Shown: positions 13,607 to 26,378, numbered from the stretch's first letter. The stretch: 64,000 bases of DNA from Tubulanus polymorphus (GCF_964204645.1 NC_134026.1:14106050-14170049); one strand, 5' to 3'. Notes: a model not told the origin generated them from the letters alone. Numbers and translations are program-made.

Positions 13607-15183
13607 TTTTTAGCCCACTTGGGACTTTAGTCCCAGCGGGCTATTGCGTTCACTTTTCGTCCGTCGTCCGTCCGTCCGTCCGTAGACGGAATCCAGTTAT
13701 TATGGGAAGTTTTAAAGACGCTTCAATGTAACGTCTTGATATTTGGGTTACACATGTATCTACCCTAGACACATCTTCAGCCCTAAAACTGGCCCTGTCA
13801 GAATCAAGATGGCCGACTGGCAGCCATTGTTGTTCGCCAAAATCAGCACTTTTTACACATTTTTGAATTTTTTGGCGGAAATTTTGAAGACGCTTTGATC
13901 AATTACCTTGATCTTTCGGACATATGTGAATCCCCCCAGGGCCCATCAACATAACAAAAATTGGGTCGGTCGGACTCAAGATGGCCGTCCTATGACCTTT
14001 TTAGTGCCCAAAAATGTTAATTTTGGCCCGAATTCTGAGTCTGTAGCTTCCTACTGGTTTGCCATTTCTCATTACAATTTGTGATGGGTGTTCTTTGGAA
14101 AGGGATGTTTTATACCTGAGACAGGTATTTTTCATCAGCCAATTATGACGCAATTGGCGGCCATCTTGGTGTAACCAGTACTCATTCGTAAGTGGGAAAA
14201 AGTTTTTCCACATTATATTGATACCTAAGCGTATTTTGCTACCACAATCAATTAGAAAGTTGTAGCTCATAACGTGTTCTATGATTGTGGTGAGTTTCAA
14301 GGTAATTGGATTTCGTATATGGCCACCAGGGGGCGTTGAATAATACAATATCTTAGCATTTCTTTATTATATTCGTACCTATGACTATTTTGTGACCACA
14401 ATCAATTGGAAAGTTGTAGCTCATGACATCATCTATGATTGTTGCGAGTTTTAAGGACATAAGTTTTTCTATATGGTCACCAGGGGGCGTTGAATAGTAG
14501 AATAACTTAGTATTTCCTTATTATATTGGTACCTAGGCATATTTTGTTACCATGATCAATTGCAAAGTTGTAGTTCATGACATGTTCTATGATTGTGGTG
14601 AGTCTCGAGGTCATTGGGTTTTGAATATGGTCACCAGGGGGCGTTGAATAGTAGAATGACTTAGTATTTCCTTATTATATTGGTACCTAGGCATATTTTG
14701 TTACCATGAACAATTGCAAAGTTGTAGTTCATGACATGTTCTATGATTGTGGTGAGTCTCGAGGTCATTGGGTTTTGAATATGGTCACCAGGGGGCGTTG
14801 AATAGTAGAATGACTTAGTATTTCCTTATTATATTGGTACCTAGGCATATTTTGTTACCATGATCAATTGCAAAGTTGTAGTTCATGACATGTTCTATGA
14901 TTGTGGTGAGTTTCGAGGTCATTGGGTTTTGAATATGGTCACCAGGGGGCGTTGAATAGTAGAATGACTTAGTATTTCCATATTAAATTGGTAACGAGGC
15001 ATATTTTGTTATCACAATCAATTACAAAATCGTAGCTGCTGACATGTTCTATGATTGTGGTGAGTTTTAAGGTCATTGGTTTTTGTAAATGGTCACCAGG
15101 GGACGTTGAATATTGAAATTGTTAGATTGTTGAGCATTTGAAACCATTTCCCAAGTGGGCATGGTGTCCCTGGACCCCTAGTT
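13607..15183 (+). mobile_element. Complete HINE/DINE-1/pearl-like element (family A) with about six ~154-bp core repeats
   Basis: Subterminal inverted repeats GCCCACTTGGGA (13613) / TCCCAAGTGGGC (15149), 5' hairpin, (GTCC)n, tandem cores (GGTCACCAGGGGGCG at 14475, 14629, 14783, 14937), 3' hairpin and CTAGTT end. Confidence 0.8.
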
Positions 15184-15633
15184 AGTCAGTGCGGAACGTT
15201 TAGTTTTCCAACAATGATGAGGGGTGGTAGGTAGTCATGCAATTCAAGTCATCATTTATTACACGTTACTTCCGTGTTGTTGAAAATCTCGCGAGTCCTG
15301 GACCAAACCCCATTGAACAATGTGATCTGTGTGCTGGCCACAAATGCACACAGATCACACTACACTACCCATTACAAACTCCAGTACCCACAGCTTTCAT
15401 ATATCCATCCAAATATTTAGAGTGTGTTTCTTCCTGGTTATAGCCTTTCATTGACAGTTAGATATGACTAAGATATGACATGTAAGCTTTTAACAGTATG
15501 AAATATGAATCGATCAGATGGTCATCTTATTTTCTTTGTTTATTTGTTATGAAATACTTATGAGTACATGTACATGTATATGTTTTCAGTAAGAGAATAA
15601 TCTTATGTCTTATAATGTCTTCCACAATTTCAG

Positions 15634-16100
15634 CACTTCCTTCTCCATTGGCTCGAGCGAATAGTTGTAGTAGTATATCAAGTCTAGGACCCGGGTTCTA
15701 CGCCAAACAACCAACATATACACCAGATTTTACAGTCAAAGCTTTGAGTGATGTGCAGTATATGAAAATAAAGCGGGCTCATTATATCGCAGCGCGGAAA
15801 GCTACACTCATGGAACGAAGCTCTAAAAACAATGAATATGACCCCTTTTCAAAGGAATGGGCTAAAGTGAGTTCTATGCAGCACCACTGTGGAAGTGTTG
15901 ATGGTCATTCAGAAACTGGAGACCGTAACCGTAGTGAAAGCTTCACACCATCCGTTGATTTCAATATATCCATGACACGAGATGATGATAAAGAGGAGAC
16001 AGGAAGTGTCACGTCTGAATCGAATATGCTCACTGATAGATATATCAAAGATTCTGGGCTAGATGGCAATAGAACTGAAGAAGACTCAGTGCAACTTTGA
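15634..16100 (+). CDS. CNNM: Terminal coding exon of the CNNM gene
   Basis: tttcag| acceptor at phase 1, compatible with the 10122 donor; YTPDFTVKALSDVQYMKIKRAHYIAARKATLME fits the CNBH C-terminus; stop at 16100. Confidence 0.85.
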
Positions 16101-16459
16101 CCAATTTTTAAAAAGACGTTAGCATATATGGTTGTTTTAATTTAAATTAGATATCAGGACCTAGTGCCACACTTCTAGTTTGAAATTGTTTTCCTATTTT
16201 AAAACAATGGAAATGAACTTATTTTATCTAGAGTCATTTTTTTAGATACAAACTAGACATATGGATCCAGTTGCATTAATGCAGGTGTCATTGAAATTCC
16301 TGTCATCCCCTGCATAGGCATTCAACAGTAATGCGATTCTTTCTATCATAACTTGACATCGTATATCTTTCGTTCTGATTGTTCACCGGATCGAATGAGA
16401 CCCAGATTACTCACGTTTTAAGTTCACTTCATTTTGAAACTCAGTTGAATGTTACACGG

Positions 16460-17042
16460 ATCTTCAGCCCAAAAACTGGCCCTGTCAGAATCAAGATGGC
16501 CGACTGACAGCCATTGTTGTTCATCAAAATCAACACTTTTTACACATTTTTGAACTTTTTGAGGGAAATTTTGAAGACGCTTTTATAAATTACCTTCATC
16601 TTATATATATATTAGAATCCCCAAAGGGTCCATCAGCATAAGAAAAATTGCGTCGATCGGACTCAAGATGGCCTTCCTATGACCTTTTTAATGCCCAAAA
16701 TGTCAATTTTGGCCCATATTCCGAGTCCTGCAGCTTCTTCCTGGTTTGCCATTTCTCATTGCAATTTATAATGGGTATTCTTTGGAAAGGGATGGTTTAG
16801 ACCAGAGACAGGTATTTTTGATCAGCCAATTATGACGCAATTGGCGTCATCAGTACTCATTTGTAGGTGGAAAAAGTTTTTCCACATTATATTGATACCT
16901 GAGCATATTGTGTTACCACAGTCAATTGCAAAATTGTAGCTCATGACATCGTCTATGATTGTGGTGAAGTTAAGGACATTAGTTATTCTATATAGTCACA
17001 AGGGGGCGTTGAATAGTAGAATATTTGATTGGTACCTAGGCT
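16460..17042 (+). repeat. Internal fragment of family A repeat
   Basis: Aligns by eye to 13772-14350. Confidence 0.75.
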
Positions 17043-17611
17043 GATTTGGAAAGCAACTGAGATGTCTCACACCTAACAACAATTAACAGCAATAGAAATT
17101 AGGGAAACAATGTTGCTCACACATATTGAAAAATGTCAAATGAATGTTGAATTCCTCAGGTCATGCTATTTTGGCATATTTGAATGATCCCTGAATGCCT
17201 TTTAAAGGGATATCATCATTTGTTGAACATTAGTAGTATTTCTGTAGTAGACAACCTTTGTGAAATACTGTTGAATTCTTGACTGAATTACTGTTGAATT
17301 CCTGAAAAACCCGAAAGTTAAAAGCCTATGCAGGAGGGTGACAAGAATTTCAATGATGGCTGCATAAATTTGAACTTACACATTTGCATTGCAGTATCTA
17401 TGTAATTTCTATATACATCGAAAAGTATCACTGTATGAATCATAGGATTGATTGTTAGAGTTTTATGTAATCATGAAGTAGATGTGATAATGTTAAGTTG
17501 TCGATTGAAAAACCTCAATGATATAGTTGTCGAGCCCACCGAAATAAATGAAAATATCTGAAAGTTGTGTTTGTATGACTTAGCAATGCAGAAGTCATGA
17601 CAAAAGGTTAA

Positions 17612-18818
17612 AGGGGTCATGAAGTTGTTTTTGAGATATGGCTAAAAGTATTTTTTATCATCAGTTGTGACCTATTGATTGATTTAGTGGTCAAGAAATT
17701 AATTTTTAATTCTTCAGTTAGTGTTAAAACAAGACTTTTAATCGGCCGCGCTGATTCCTTTGCAACCTGAAAGTGTGACATCATTCAACCAAAACAACAT
17801 GGTGTAGTGTATAGAAACAAACTGCGATTAAAGTGCAAAATAGTGACTCAAATACATCAGATTCCAATCAAACGTCTGGAGTTAAGGAAGCCAACAGTTG
17901 TTATTAATAGACAGTCAAAATCATTCCATTTAATTTGGACCTGACGCCTCAGAACGAAGCAATTTATGACTATAGTACAGCATATTTCTACGCCGTGGAG
18001 TAGCGAGCATTCATCATCAATTAAGTCATTCCCTCTCTGTAAAAACCACACGGAGGGGATGACTGATATAGACATCGCAGATATTTCTGTGGGCAGAGAA
18101 AGTTTTATCCAGTACTGGACCATAAAAGCGTCCTGAAACCGTAAACTTGTTCGTGAATCCCAGCCCAGCCTGCGCGATCCCGTGTAAAAGTAATGTGTGC
18201 TGCATACATACAGTCATTATGTTGTACATACTACAGCGATGTGGGTCACTGGGGAAAGCCAGTACTATATGCAGTGGAAAGCGCATATCTCTTACTAGGT
18301 ATTGAATTTGCAAATCACGTCACTTGGCAGAATAAAAGGCTCTCGGATAATAAAAACATAAGTTTTGTGTATCCAAGATTATGTGTGCTGTAATATTTGC
18401 AAGAATCCTTCTCTAAAGTGTGAAGCTAGTTTACACATATGGCGGGTGTTTTCGCCCTTACGGTCCATCATCTTAGGGCCAAATCTTTGGTTTTGGCCAC
18501 TAAGATTTGTTGCTGCCTTTGTGGGAACAGTTCATAGCTTCACACAGCAAAGGCATTTCAAAAGACGGTAAAATTAGCGCAATATTCAACGAAACTGAGC
18601 ATTGTATTTTAACGCTTCTGAGTGTCCTGCAGGCGATGTGTTCTCAAAATGACATCACCGCGCAAACGCGAGCGTCCTGTTGCTACGGGCTTTTCTCGAG
18701 TTTGGATAAAGATATTAAAAAAATTTTTCCACGAGAATACTATAGATGCATACGGTGCATGTTTTATACAAAAAAATTAATTTTTTAAAATTTTATTCAA
18801 AACCTCTTCATGACCCCT
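17612..18818. mobile_element. Non-autonomous TIR element with TTAA target duplication (Kolobok-like)
   Basis: TTAA-AGGGGTCATGAAG ... CTTCATGACCCCT-TTAA. Confidence 0.75.
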
Positions 18819-19269
18819 TTAACTGTCATTTCTACCCTGCCAAAGGGCTATTCTATTTAAGTTTTAATCCACCTGGGACTGGTGCAGACGGGCTATTGCA
18901 TTCACTGTTCATACGCTCATACGTCCATATCCAGTTATTTTAGTCAGTTTGAGTCTTGTCTTGATAGACGAGGGCTTCTAAAATTGAAACTCTGTTCCCG
19001 TAAAACATTACACAGCTGAATATGACTCTTACTAATGTTTCGATTATTCCCTCCAACATAGCGTCTCCAGATTTCTGATTTAATGGTCGAAAAAGGTTAT
19101 TCTATCGCAATTTTGCAGGTTAGTTATGTGGTAGATGAGAGGGGGTTAAGCAATCGCGAAGTATTACGTCCGTCTTGACATAGGAGTAATTGGGAAAGTA
19201 GGCTTTCAGATCAGAGGGCGAGAGGGCGAGACACCACTCATCAGCACAAGTAATTTTTTTTCCTAATAA

Positions 19270-19596
19270 ATGGGAGATAGAAAAGCATTCTTAGCAACAA
19301 TAAATAACAGAATTAAACCAACAAAAAAACAATTTGAAATAAAAAAGTTAGTTGATGTTACAAAAGAAATTGAACATAAAATATTGAAATTAGAAAAGAT
19401 AAAAACTAAATATGGAGAGAAAGTATCAGCTAATTTAAGCTACTGTAATGTTAGTACATCACGAGAATTTAAAGTGTTTTTACCCGATAAATGGGTTTCA
19501 TTGAGTACAGAGGAATTGAAAGATTTAGTAGGATTTAAAATAATATATCATGGGAAAAATGAAGACGGTCATCATGATTTAGAAATTGTTGATTGA
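19270..19596 (+). CDS. Orphan Polinton-type small protein, paralogue of 34761..35114
   Basis: Shares KKL, KYG, F.(V/T)(F/Y)LPD, LS..(E/D)L..L and Y.GKNE.GHH.(L/I) motifs; preceded by TAATTTTTTTTCCTAATAAATG. Confidence 0.7.
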   Translation: MGDRKAFLATINNRIKPTKKQFEIKKLVDVTKEIEHKILKLEKIKTKYGEKVSANLSYCNVSTSREFKVFLPDKWVSLSTEELKDLVGFKIIYHGKNEDGHHDLEIVD

Positions 19597-20804
19597 ATAA
19601 AAAATAAAAATAATGAATATCTAGAATCCAAAATGACCTTAGTCGTTTTATAAACAACTACAATCATACAGTCAAACATCTGTTACATGTTATTATAAGA
19701 GAGTGCTTCATTTGAATATTGATCGATCAAACAGGTGTTGCGCAACGTTGTTGTTATATAATAAGCACGCAGTACATACAACACACACAAGCCAGTTAGC
19801 CGGTATTGAACCACCACGTTTTCATTGGTTGCTGAAAGCGAGGTTTATTTAAATTAGATCGGCCGTGACGAAGGATAGTCATCATTCTCTCGTGATTAAA
19901 AGGAATATTTCAATGTTTTTACGGTAAGTTTTAGCGAAATTGCCCTATCCTCGACCTACAGAGTTTTCAGGGGATAAGCATCCCATTATTGAAAGGCGCC
20001 ACGGGACGCTTATCCCCCGTCATTTCTACTTACACCCCTGGCGACCCACGTCAACCGGGATCTCCTTCAATGATTGGTAGAAATCACATTATATTAAAGG
20101 CGCCTAATGTAATTTCTACCAATCTCGAAATTCGAAACCGAAGGAGAAACCCGGAGAGTGGACGAAGGTGCATTTTCAAAATGCCTCTGCTGGCCAGAGC
20201 TACTCCAGTGGTTGAATGAATTACCTTATATACTTAGCTAAAACACCTAAGTAAATGTTGCTGGTGCTAAAAAAATATGTGAAATTTGAAATTATAAATT
20301 ATTCCGAATGAAAAGAATATAAGAATGAAAACTGATAAATGAATTATGGATTTTTAACTTAATTATGATATAATTTTTAATCAAATTAGTAATCTATTAC
20401 CATGTTAATTGATTAACAAATTCAAATTCAAATTTAAATATTCATTTTAGCATCACACCCCACCCAGTGCTGCCATCTTTCAATTTAAGAAAAAACTAAT
20501 AATAAGAAACGACTGTAATACAATATTCAAGTAAAAACAAAATAAATTAATAAAAATAATGAATATCTAGAATCCGAAATGACTTATCTGGACAATTTAA
20601 TCGCTCCGCATAGATAGACAAAAGTAGTGAGATATTCAATTAATATTCAATTAATTAAAAAAATTATTTTTTTTTGCTTTTTTTCTAAAATATTAATCCA
20701 TTTTTTTAATTATCAATTTTGGAATTTCAGAAGTACTTTCATTTTTGATAGCAGTTGGTTCAGAATTACTAATATCATGAATTTTATTTGATTTCTTATA
20801 CCAA

Positions 20805-21062
20805 TTACACCCCAATCAAAATGAATACAATTACAAATCCAACTGTAAAATATAGATATTTATCAAACATTCTATTATCAGAAGGAGTAGAAATAACAAT
20901 ATTTTCACTATTTTTATTAACATTTTTATTACTTATTTTTTCTTTTACAGCTTTTTTATATTCTTGTGATTTAATTCCTAATTGCCGAGACCATTCAATT
21001 TGTTTCTGAGTTCTCGGTTTTTTCTTCACAGTTAATTCCTTCACTTCTTTCACTTCGCTCAT
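20805..21062 (-). CDS. Small basic protein with C-terminal transmembrane segment
   Basis: KKKPRTQKQIEWSRQLG; hydrophobic tail YLYFTVGFVIVFILIGV; AATAAATG start. Confidence 0.6.
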   Translation of the reverse strand: MSEVKEVKELTVKKKPRTQKQIEWSRQLGIKSQEYKKAVKEKISNKNVNKNSENIVISTPSDNRMFDKYLYFTVGFVIVFILIGV

Positions 21063-21602
21063 TTATTATAGAAATATTTTTACTTTCAATATTTGAAAAT
21101 GTTATAACCCCGGTTGATAATAATGTCATAAATCCACCTAATTGAAATGATAAATATCCAATCCATTTATTTAATTCAGTCATAACTAAATAGTCATTTT
21201 TTAAATCGGAATATAATCTATTTTCATTTTCAATTGGTAGTATATAATTACATAATTTACCTTTTTACCTTTTACTACATTTTCTGATATCGCGTCATTA
21301 ATTTTAGCTGTTCTGGCGGCTTCATAAATCTTAAATAATCTAATAATTTCAACTGATTTCATTGTATCTAATTCATTATAAGTTAAATTTTTATCAACAA
21401 ATTTTTTACATTTTCCAGATGCTATTAATATTTCTAATTGATGTTTGCAATAAAGATAATATTCATAATTATTATTTGTTGTAACATTACTTAAAACACC
21501 ATCATCTGGAATTAATTTGTTTTCTGTTATTCCTAAATCATCTAAAGTTTTTTCAATTGGAACATCACCATTTTTAGATTTTATTCTCTTTTCACCTCCC
21601 AT
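20995..21602 (-). pseudogene. Polinton hypothetical protein, probably one gene broken into ORFs 21201..21602 and 20995..21183
   Basis: Only the upstream ORF has the TATAAATG start; ORFs are 17 bp apart. Confidence 0.5.
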
Positions 21603-21634
21603 TTATAAAACAAAAAAATTAATTGTGTGATGTT

Positions 21635-21886
21635 GCAACTAGAATTTAACTAGAATGTAACTAGAATTCAACTAGATTAACAAACTAGTTGAAATATTGT
21701 TGTTTTTGTTTATTTCTAGTTAAATCTAGTTGATTTTTGTTTCAACTACTAACAACTAGAATTCAACTAGAATGTAACTAGAATTAAACTAGATTAACAA
21801 GCTAGTTAAAATATTGTTAAATCTATTTGATTTTTGTTACAATTACTAATAACTAGAATTCAACTAGATTAACAAACTAATTGAAT
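21635..21886. repeat. Intergenic (AACTAGAATT)-like short tandem and inverted repeats
   Basis: Many CTAG-centred ~10-bp units in both orientations; a ~115-bp block is duplicated. Confidence 0.8.
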
Positions 21887-22495
21887 TTAAATAAATTCAT
21901 ATTTAAATGGGTGTTGTAATCTAAATAGTAATTTTGATCTTTTAATATTTTTCAACTTATCCATATATTCATTATGTAAATCATGCGGAATAATATCATT
22001 TTCCTCAAGTGCATTTTTCATCGATTTTCTATCTTTATTGTAGAATAAAACTAGAAATCTAATGTTTTCTCTAAAGTCTTTAACAATTGAATTATATTTT
22101 TGATTTAAAACCCATGTTGTTATCCCAAAATGTCTCCCAGAGAAAGCTAAATAGCATAACTCACTTTCTCTAACTTTTGAATCATGTAGATTAGCACAAT
22201 CATCTATAATGAATAATGTATTTGATCCTTTATAAATATCAATTGCTATTTTAATACAATTATCTAAATTTTCTTTTACTGTTTTAGGATCAAATATAAT
22301 AAATTTATTATTCCTAGTAATATTTCTATCATAAGTTTGATTAAATTCATATGTTGGACAAAATAATACTATATTATCAAAATAGTTTTCATAAACAGTT
22401 TCTAATAAATTTAATATAAAATAAGTTTTTCCACAATTTGTTACACCAGAAATTAACATATTATGAGGCTCAAATATGAATAATTCCTTATTCAT
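21887..22495 (-). CDS. A32-like (FtsK-HerA) genome packaging ATPase
   Basis: Walker A GVTNCGKT, Walker B LFIIDD, GRHFGI, LNQ, FRENI. Confidence 0.92.
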   Translation of the reverse strand: MNKELFIFEPHNMLISGVTNCGKTYFILNLLETVYENYFDNIVLFCPTYEFNQTYDRNITRNNKFIIFDPKTVKENLDNCIKIAIDIYKGSNTLFIIDDCANLHDSKVRESELCYLAFSGRHFGITTWVLNQKYNSIVKDFRENIRFLVLFYNKDRKSMKNALEENDIIPHDLHNEYMDKLKNIKRSKLLFRLQHPFKYEFI

Positions 22496-23623
22496 TTATA
22501 TATTTTTAATTTTACTTGATAATATCCATTCATTGAATTTATCTGGCCATCCAACCCATTTTACTAAAGAATATTTTTTTCTTTTAATAGTTTTTGTTTT
22601 TAATACTTTTTCAATTTTATATTCTTGTTGTAGATTTTCAGTAGTTAAACTTAATTCTTCTTCGTAAAAGTAGCCATCAACTTCTTCACCATCTAAATCT
22701 TCTAATTTATAGACATATGGTTTTGTTGTTATTACCTTTTTTATTTTATATATTTCTCTAGTAAAATTTCGATCGTATCCTTTATCAAATATCTTTTTAT
22801 ACTTAGAAATTCTAACATTTTGACCAACTTTAAATTTAGGTTCACCAAAATCATCTACAAGAAATGCTCCATATAAATTATTCCAAACAATTTCAGCATT
22901 TTCAGGTTTTCTAGCATCAATAGGTTTCATTCCAATAGAAGAATGATAAGAATTATTATATCCTTCTATCAATTTTGGTAAAACATCAATCCATTTAAAA
23001 GTATTATTTGCTGTAAAATATTTCCACATTCTTGTTCTTAATGTTCTATTAAATCGTTCAACAACTGCCGCTTTTTTATCCGATTTTGTTGAAAAATATT
23101 TAATATTATGATTATCTAAGAGTTCATGAACAAGTGAATTATCAAACTCTTTTCCATCATCAAATTGTATTTTTTCTGGTTTTAGTTTATCATCCCAAAG
23201 AAATTTTCTTAAAACATTTGATGTTTGTACAGCATCTTTTCTATAAAGTGGGAAGCTCCATACATAACGACTAAAAATATCAATTATATTCAATAACCAC
23301 CAATAATCATCATTATCTTTCTTAACATTTTTCATATCAATTAAATCTCCTTGCCACTGTTGATCTACATAACTTACCATAGTTTTACGAGTTTTATATT
23401 TTCTAACAATTTTTTTATGTGTTGTGTATGTTGGTTGTTCTAACATAAATTCATTTATACCTTTATATTTAACTAAATTTTGTGGGATTATCTTATCTAA
23501 TTTATCTTGTTTTACTTTACGCCATATATTTTTAGTAGAAGAATAAGCAACCGAACTCTCACGGTTGTAATATAAATTTCTTAAATATTGTTCTTTAGTA
23601 TTAGGAGTTTTTTTACCACCCAT
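22496..23623 (-). CDS. RVE (retroviral-like) integrase with C-terminal chromodomain
   Basis: WQGDLID, IDIFSRY, QFDDGKEF, VERFNRTL, YNNSYHSSIGMKP; chromodomain YKIEKVLK..LVKWVGWPDKFNEWI; intact ORF. Confidence 0.95.
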   Translation of the reverse strand: MGGKKTPNTKEQYLRNLYYNRESSVAYSSTKNIWRKVKQDKLDKIIPQNLVKYKGINEFMLEQPTYTTHKKIVRKYKTRKTMVSYVDQQWQGDLIDMKNVKKDNDDYWWLLNIIDIFSRYVWSFPLYRKDAVQTSNVLRKFLWDDKLKPEKIQFDDGKEFDNSLVHELLDNHNIKYFSTKSDKKAAVVERFNRTLRTRMWKYFTANNTFKWIDVLPKLIEGYNNSYHSSIGMKPIDARKPENAEIVWNNLYGAFLVDDFGEPKFKVGQNVRISKYKKIFDKGYDRNFTREIYKIKKVITTKPYVYKLEDLDGEEVDGYFYEEELSLTTENLQQEYKIEKVLKTKTIKRKKYSLVKWVGWPDKFNEWILSSKIKNI

Positions 23624-23653
23624 TTATATATCCTTAATTTTAACTTTATATTT

Positions 23654-24898
23654 CTAATATTGAATACTATCTAATTGTGAATTTACAATATTTAATTGTG
23701 CGTCAGATATAATATAAATGTGCATTTTAAAATTTAAGCTTCCTTTTTTCTTTTTCATGAATAATTGTATTCCATCTTTAGTGTTCTGTAGTTTTTTCCC
23801 AGAACCATGTAATGAATTATCCTCTGTTCTAAAATCTAACCATAATGCATATTTATTGCCGGTATAATAATCAATTTGATTAATATTACAATTTTCAAAT
23901 GATTTTACTTTTTCATTCATAAAATGTTTTCTAATTTCTGGCCATTGATCAATCATTCTCATTCCTTGACAAAATATTTTATTTGCTATTCCTTCGATAG
24001 TTATTTCTACTTTTGTTATTTCAGGATTATGATAATTATCTACCTTTATTGCGCCATTAGAATATGTTGCAATGGTATAAAATATTAATATACCTTTAAT
24101 GGATCTTCTTGGGAAGTTAATATTCTCATTAATTATTTCATCATTTGCATTAATAGTTACGGTTTTAAATTTATCAATATAATCATATAATAATGAAAAT
24201 CCTTGATTGTATTGAGTTTGAATTGTGCTAGCAATATTTTCATTAGTTACTGTGTTATATTCTAAACATATATTCGATAATTTATAACCCATATCTTTAA
24301 CAACGCTAGATAATACAATTTCATTTACAGGAGCAAATGTTATCTCAAATATAATATCTTCTTGAATTGCGTATTTATATAAAGGTGCATTATTATTTAT
24401 CAATTCAAAATCTAATGGAATTTTATATTTGTTTCCATAAATCTTTTTAATCAAATTATCTGTGGCACGAGTTACTATTGCTTCATTAGCTCCTGATCTT
24501 AATTTATTATGGTTTTCCGATTGAATACCTTGAAATATCATATTATTTCTATTTTCTTTAGTTAACCATAAATCTTTATAATGCATAAATAAATTATAAT
24601 CATCTAATGAGAAAACTGTTTCTGGACCAATCTTTATTGTTAATTTTTTAATCAAATATCTTCCAACATTATCAACAACATAATTGTTATCATGGCCAGT
24701 TACTTTTATATCGGCTGATAAATAAATACTATTTGGAACATAAAAAGTATTTTGTGTTAATCTAGGAATTCTAACATATAAAGTTTCATCGGGATTAATA
24801 TTTGAAGGGTTATGAGTAATTATACGATGTGATCTTTCTGCTTTAATAGCATTAGATATTCTAGAAATCTTAGAAGGACTTATATAACTCCCACTCAT
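23654..24898 (-). CDS. Major capsid protein (double jelly-roll, hexon-like)
   Basis: 414 aa beta-rich ORF with HNPSNINPDETLYVRIP, IPLDFE, LSNICLEY, NINFPRRSIKGILI, YALWLDFR; adjacent to integrase and ATPase. Confidence 0.8.
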   Translation of the reverse strand: MSGSYISPSKISRISNAIKAERSHRIITHNPSNINPDETLYVRIPRLTQNTFYVPNSIYLSADIKVTGHDNNYVVDNVGRYLIKKLTIKIGPETVFSLDDYNLFMHYKDLWLTKENRNNMIFQGIQSENHNKLRSGANEAIVTRATDNLIKKIYGNKYKIPLDFELINNNAPLYKYAIQEDIIFEITFAPVNEIVLSSVVKDMGYKLSNICLEYNTVTNENIASTIQTQYNQGFSLLYDYIDKFKTVTINANDEIINENINFPRRSIKGILIFYTIATYSNGAIKVDNYHNPEITKVEITIEGIANKIFCQGMRMIDQWPEIRKHFMNEKVKSFENCNINQIDYYTGNKYALWLDFRTEDNSLHGSGKKLQNTKDGIQLFMKKKKGSLNFKMHIYIISDAQLNIVNSQLDSIQY

Positions 24899-24922
24899 TT
24901 ATTAAACAAAAAAATTAATTAT

Positions 24923-26378
24923 TTATTTTTTATTATTTTTTTCTTGATATCTTTTTGATATCATATTTACTAACCCAAAAATAATAGCACTTACAACTGT
25001 AATTAAAAATAAAATAATATGTTCAGCAGCAAAGTTAATAATGTTTCCTGCAGATTTCAATATAAAACCAACAATTGATGCAATAATTCCTGGTAATGCT
25101 GCGGCAGATTTTTTAGATAGTTCCCATAAATATTTTGCTAATTCCTTTAAACCATCTTTAACTTTATCTTGTATAGAATTATTATCATTCGGGGGTTTAT
25201 CCGGTTTATTGGGAGTAGGTGTAGATTTTAAAGCATTTGATATAGCTAAACCAATTGTTGTAAATAACATAGTTACAGCTGTTAGAATTGAAAGAATTGT
25301 TATTCCTTCTAATTTAAGTAATAATTTTATTCTATCTTTTAATGATATTTCAGAATTTGGTTTAATCAACAAATCTTTAAAAATAACTTTTAATCTATTA
25401 ATATTATAATCATATGATTTTAATAATAATTTAATTTCTTCTTTCTGTACTTCTAAATTATCTTTTAAATTACTAATTTCTTTTTCTAAACGTAATTCTT
25501 TTTGCCTATATTCTATTTCCTCAATTACTTGATGATCTAAATCGGACTTTATTTGTTCTATTTCTTTATTTGCATTAGTTAATTCTTTTTCCAAATACAT
25601 AATTTTTTGATCTCTTATACTTTTATTATGTGCAATTTTATCAGATGCAAGTCTTAATAATTTCTCTAATTGCTTTATCAGAAAATATATCTAAATTTTC
25701 TAATTGTTGATCTGTTGCATCAAGTAATCCATTCGGTAAAAGTTTTTCAATTGGAACTTTATTTGATTTAAGTTTACTATTTTTGGAAGTTATATTCTGT
25801 TCAGAAGTTGTTTCTGTTTCTGATTTCTTTTTGATTATTTCAAATAATTCATTAATTCTTTGTTTAAATACTTCTCTATTTTTATTCATTTCTGTTTGTG
25901 TTAAATCTTCTTCTATATCATTACTAATACTTATTCTCTTAATTCTATCTGGATCTAAATCACTCAAAGTTGATTTTGTTAATATTTTATTTTTATTATT
26001 TTTATGAGTGATAGCAATATAATAATCATCTTTCAAATGATAATAACATTTACCATTATCTAAAAATCTTAATTGATCTGCTAAAGGTCCAACGTCTTCA
26101 TCATTTATGTTAAGTTTAGAATTTTCAATTAAATCTTCTAATTTAGCTATTTTGTTTAAATTATCTAAATCTTGTTTTACTAAATATGGGTCTAAATTTT
26201 CGGGATTTAATTGTGATTCAGCATTTTTAATATAATCAGGCATATTCAAATTATTATTATATTCTGGCTCATTACCATCATTAAAATTTGTTTCATCAAA
26301 ATCAGGTGGTTGTTCATCAGTTATACCAGGTTCATCAAAAGGATCCATTCCAATATCTTCTCCACCTTCTACATCCAT
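24923..26378 (-). pseudogene. Acidic/coiled-coil protein with C-terminal membrane helices; one gene with a frameshift near 25660
   Basis: The frame of 24923..25600 stays open upstream (LLRLASDKIAHNKSIRDQKI-M) and overlaps the end of 25641..26378; GITILSILTA and AAALPGIIASIVGFIL hydrophobic segments. Confidence 0.65.

Noticed and set aside
17857-18788. ORFs inside the TTAA-flanked element
   Set aside because: No transposase or THAP motif recognised with confidence
19185-20620. Left TIR of the Polinton
   Set aside because: No match to AGTAATAGGGG..TTCATACCAAAGG found; only short AGTAAT chance matches, so no TSD can be called
25041-26007. Plus-strand ORFs within the Polinton (also 22476, 31915, 34286)
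   Set aside because: Antisense shadows of AT-rich minus-strand genes; no start motif
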